From Cycas panzhihuaensis (lineage: Eukaryota; Plantae; Cycadophyta): a stretch of DNA of 64,000 nucleotides. Below the pieces are notes generated by a model, which searched no databases, had not been told where the DNA came from, and saw only the letters and a program-made list of their open reading frames with translations. The translations under genes were made by a program, and so were the position numbers. This document shows, one piece after another, positions 59,952 through 64,000 of the stretch. The first letter of the stretch is position 1. The number at the start of each line of letters is the position of its first letter. The DNA lies in the NCBI GenBank assembly GCA_023213395.1, contig CM041465.1:74717741-74781740 (forward strand), read 5' to 3'.

Positions 59952-60779
59952 ATCATTGGAGCTATCTCCCCACCTTCGTCGTCGCAGTACAAGTTCATCT
60001 TGACTGCCACGAAGTATTTCACCAAATGGGCGGAGGCCATCCCCTTGATCACTACTCCTGGAAAAATGATTGCCACATTCATTTATCAGCACATCATTTG
60101 CCGTTTCAGAATTCCGGATGTCCTAATCACCGACAATGGAACTCCTTTCTATAATAAGGAGGTGGATGAGCTTTGTGAGAAGTTTAAAATTTCTCGCAAG
60201 ACTTCTTCCTCTTATTACCCTCAGGCAAATGGCCAAGTGGAGTCTTTTAATAAGACTCTTGTCAGCATCCTCAAGAAAACCGTCGCTCAATCCCAAAGGC
60301 ATTGGCACTTTCAGTTGCCCTCCACCTTGTGGGCTTATCATACCTCTATCCGTTCCACCACGGGAATGACCCCGTTCTCCCTGGTCTCTGATGCGAGGTG
60401 GTACTCCCGTTGGAGGTGGAGATTCCTTCCTTGCGAGTCTCCCTTCGAGGTTTCATCGACGAAGAGTCGATCCGTCAGGCCTGCCTGCTTGACCTCGAAG
60501 CTTTGGATGAGAGACGCTTAGCGCTATCGGGCTAACAGCATCCAAAGCCCACTCACAAAGGGCCCATGATAAACGCCTTCGTTCCCGCCCTTTGTTTCCT
60601 GGGGACTATGTCCTCAAGCTCGAATATCTCCATATTTGACCAAATTCAAACCCCGATGGGTTGGTCCTTTCGTCATTATCGAATCCCTCGATAATGGTGC
60701 TTATAGATTAGCCACCCTGGAAGGGCTCGAATTTGAGAAAGCCATTAATGGGATGTTCCTTAAGAAGTTTTACATATGA
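59952..60779 (+). pseudogene. Tat/Ogre integrase core and C-terminus, 5'-truncated and frameshifted
   Basis: IIGAISPPSSSQYKFILTATKYFTKWAEAIPL...ITDNGTPF...YYPQANGQVES...LWAYHTSIRSTTGMTPFSLV; ends KPRWVGPF...NGAYRL...INGMFLKKFYI*. Confidence 0.93.
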
Positions 60780-61377
60780 TCCCTCGGCGATCCCTTCACC
60801 TTGCTCTGAAATGAGCCTAAACTACCATCTTAGGTTGTCCCCATTCTTCCCAATCACGGGTAGAGTGGCAGTTTAAGATGGATCCTTCCTCTTCTTTTTG
60901 GTTCCTTCCGCGGAACCCGCGTTCCCGTATTCTCTCGGGAACCCTTGTGTCGTCTTGCTTGGGCATCCCCAATCGGGGAAGGCGGCTTGGGGAACATCGT
61001 CGCCCCTCTTTCACTGCCCATTTCCTTCGCATATCTGCTATGCTCTCCACAGACATGTATGCCGCCCTGCTCCCTAACCTCACACTTCTATGTCGTCCTA
61101 CTCACGGCGTGTGTGTGTGCCCCTGTTAGGTGTGTGGTCATACATGGGAGGGAATGTGTGTCCGTATAACAAAATATCCACAACATAAAACACCTACAAC
61201 ACAATATAACATTCACAATACATAAAAATAAATATACATATCATCCACATACGATACATCATACACAGCATCTCATACCCAAATGGGGTTCCAATCACCC
61301 CATGCATATATATATACATATCAAAAATCATGTCATCATACATATGGGAAGCTGGTGTCCTTGTAGGGGGGGTACAA

Positions 61378-63824
61378 TCATATGGTCCTGTATATGACCC
61401 CCTGGAGGCCCGTGCTTTCCCTTGTCAAATCTACATGTACATATCCTACTGCTGCTGCCTTGGCTCTCACAGGGTGCCATCTCCCGATCTCTGTGATCCC
61501 TCTCACAGGGACCACATGCCTCGAGGCTCCTCCTGGGCCTCCGCGAGCTGCCTGCCTCGCTCTCCTCATCCCTAGGTCATCTGGGGGTCGTCGCTGCAGT
61601 GTGGGTCCGTGTCCTGCTCCAGCTCGACCGCGAGACCATCTGCGCTACTGGTGATCGTGTCGGCACGGATCGATCCCACTCTCCCTGGAGTGCCTCCTCT
61701 GTCCCTCTGAGATGCTCAGTGAGCACTGCTAGCTGGGTTCTGCTCTCCTCATCTCCACCTACACCACCTTGTGCCTCCAGGGCCTGTACCCGTCCTCGCA
61801 GCTCATCCCGCTTGCGTCTCGCATCATCCCTCTCCTACTACAGTCGTCCCTGGGATGTGACATGCTCTTGGGACTCTACAGCCCATATGTCCCTCGCCCT
61901 CACCAACGGGGCAAACACCTCTCTGTGGGCTCCTGCCGCTCTAGGCGCATCACCTGCCTGGATGGGTGGTTGCCCCTTTGCATACACCTGAGGGAATATC
62001 TCCCTCACCACAGCCTCCATCAGTCTTCTCATCTCTGCTATACCTGCCAATGCAACACGCCATGTGTCAGTCTATATCTCACCATATCATGATCAAACCA
62101 AACCAAACCAAACGTCTACCTGGATGCCAAATGACTCTGGAAAAGGTTAGGTCTCACTTGCTGTGGCCGCCTGATCCTCGATCCGCAGCGGCATCCTCTC
62201 CTCTGACTCTCACTTGGTGCAGGTGCCTCGTCCTCGGGCACCTCCTCTGCCTGGGTCCCTCTCCTCGCGGGAGTGGGCCTAGCTCTCGCCCCTGCGGACC
62301 CCATCATGATCTGTAGCCTGCGGGCCCTAGTTACGGGTCCTCTAACCTCACCATGCTCTGGCCAGGGCTGCCTCTCCTCCGGCAGCTCCGGATGGACCCT
62401 CTACATCTCTTGTCACTGAAGGACTGCCTCCCCTGCAGTCGTGGCAGGCTAACCCCTATCTCATTGTCTCCACTATCTCCATCATCTCTGTCATCACTTC
62501 TATCATTGCCCACGGGCACTCCTGCTCTGCTCGCCTTATCGTCGCTATCCCACCTCATCGTCCTGTAGGGCTCAGCTATGTAGTCTGGGAGGGTGAGGAG
62601 GTCTAGTGATGTGGCCTCCACCGATCGTCTGACATGGGCTCTGTCCTCTGTCCCCCTCAGTCAAGTCTGCCACCTGTGGACCATCAGGACACCTTGCTGT
62701 GATAGGGTGTGGTCCCCTGGTGCCGCTGCTGAAGTGATCAAAATACCAACCTTTGTAACGACATCTTTGTATGATAGCCCTCCTCTGTTGGACGTCCTGA
62801 TAGTATCCGGTGGGCGACGGGTTCGCCGTATCGAGTGCCAGTCCATCCTCGCCCGGCTTCGCGGCGAAGCGCATCCATCCATCCTCCGGTACCTCCCGAT
62901 AGATTACATTTACGGGAAATCTAGAGCGAGAATGCATAGTGACTAACTTCCTCACTTGAGAATATCAGGCATTGCTGTCAGAGGGTGCTCCTCGATCCCA
63001 CTGTCGGCTCACGTGAAGAGCAGGTGCCTCCTGTGTCTACCTCGGTCTTTGGCAGCGTCCCGAGTCTCACTGGCCTCCCTGTCGTCGGAACTCCCAGTAT
63101 CCGCCGGATATCCCTCGGTGTGACCGTCACATCCCCCACTTGTGGTAGGTGGAACACATGTCTCCTCCTGTACCAATAGGACACTATATCCACTAATAGC
63201 CTCTAGTCTGACGTGTATTGAGATGTCTTGAGGGCCTTGTACAGGCCACACCTCTGCAGCATGTCCCTATCCTCCTGAGTCATCATCTCCATGTAACTCA
63301 GCATAGCCATACCGACGTTCTCGCGGTTATCTGCCGCGAGGATAGCCTGTTCACACCAAAAACAACTCAAGTCAGTCTCATGTTAGCTATTATCACCTCT
63401 CTCTCTCTCAAATATCTCTCTGCCTGAGATTTGGGGCTCTTTTGGCCCTCATGTCTATTTTACGCCTTCACCGCTTTGTCTGCGCCAAACTTAGCGGTAC
63501 CGCTAAGTTTGGCATGGGTCCCTTAGCGATCACGGGGCCCGGCGATGATCGCTGCCGCGATCATTCTGTGATGACAGCGACCCCTAAAGGGGTTTTACGC
63601 CCAAAACCAAAAATTCTTACGGTGGACCGGGGCCCAGGACGAGCTCCTAATGCCGGTCCGCCTCTTCTGGTCGATTCGGATCCCAAGAAGCCTTGGGTGC
63701 CCATAAGGGGCACTAAGACTATGCAAAAATCACTTCAAAAGCTTAAAAACCTTCAAACTTTGAACTTTGAGATGGGCTAGGTTTAGTGACATCCACTCAC
63801 TGGATCTGGTCTCGCTCTCGCCAT
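61378..63824 (-). pseudogene. Antisense spliced gene encoding a Plant Mobile Domain (PMD, PF10536-like) protein; disrupted; 3' end approximate
   Basis: Exon 1 63824-63801 (MARARPDP); intron 63800-63347 (GTGAGT...CTAAC...AACAG); exon 2 in frame: AILAADNRENVGMAMLSYMEMMTQEDRDMLQRCGLYKAL...D*RLLVDIVSYWYRRRHVFHLPQVGDVTVTPRDIRRILGVPTTGRPV, matching the PMD W-x4-H-x-F-H-L-P...G...T-x-T-x2-D-x3-ILG-x-P-x2-G pattern. Confidence 0.75.
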
Positions 63825-63959
63825 GTCGTCACAGTCGGTCGTGCTGGCTCTCTCCACTCTCCGATTTGACGGTCAGATCTCCCTCGGCGTGCCTCTAAAG
63901 TTGGGTGGCACTCCGCTGCGTAAGGAAATGGCTCTAGTTTCGTACGAGACCCAGTGAAA

Positions 63960-63993
63960 ATGAATCCATTTTCCCGTTGTTTTCCTTATATAG
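63960..63993 (-). promoter_or_regulatory. Putative TATA box and initiator of the antisense PMD gene
   Basis: Minus-strand CTATATAA at 63993-63986, TCA initiator-like site about 30 nt downstream (63961), ATG at 63824. Confidence 0.6.
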
Positions 63994-64000
63994 GCGGGGG

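Larger units (their letters stand above)
57900..64000 (+). mobile_element. CpG-rich, internally deleted Tat/Ogre-type Gypsy element running off the window (left boundary approximate)
   Basis: Sharp GC rise near 57.8-58 kb. A Pro/Ser-rich ORF (59050-59950) is joined to an integrase core, followed by a long 3' region with an antisense PMD gene. LTR and PBS not securely placed. Confidence 0.75.

Overview
Plant nuclear DNA, probably a large-genome gymnosperm (inferred from PPR style, element types and heavy methylation-type decay; not proven). One intact host gene is visible: an intronless-CDS PLS-class PPR-DYW RNA-editing factor (1257-3470, minus). A decayed inverted copy of its DYW end lies about 0.7 kb downstream. 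The rest is a nest of retroelements. An old Tat/Ogre-type Gypsy integrase is split by two related short-LTR non-autonomous elements, with target-site duplications (TSDs) readable by eye. One (4592-8255) carries a captured tandem-BRCT host gene fused to an unknown tail instead of gag/pol. The other (8339-22908) carries gag-protease only and holds a full-length RNase H-bearing L1 LINE embedded in about 4.6 kb of (TA)n. Further along are a gag-only element with a nested CRM-like Gypsy, a decayed chromovirus, a Copia gag-only element, a very old Copia, and a CpG-rich Tat/Ogre derivative carrying an antisense Plant Mobile Domain gene with its own TATA box and intron. The best candidates for new biology are the BRCT-cargo retroelement and its gag-protease partner, the intron-containing DYW hairpin, and the (TA)n-embedded LINE. 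All alignments and identities were done by hand and are approximate.
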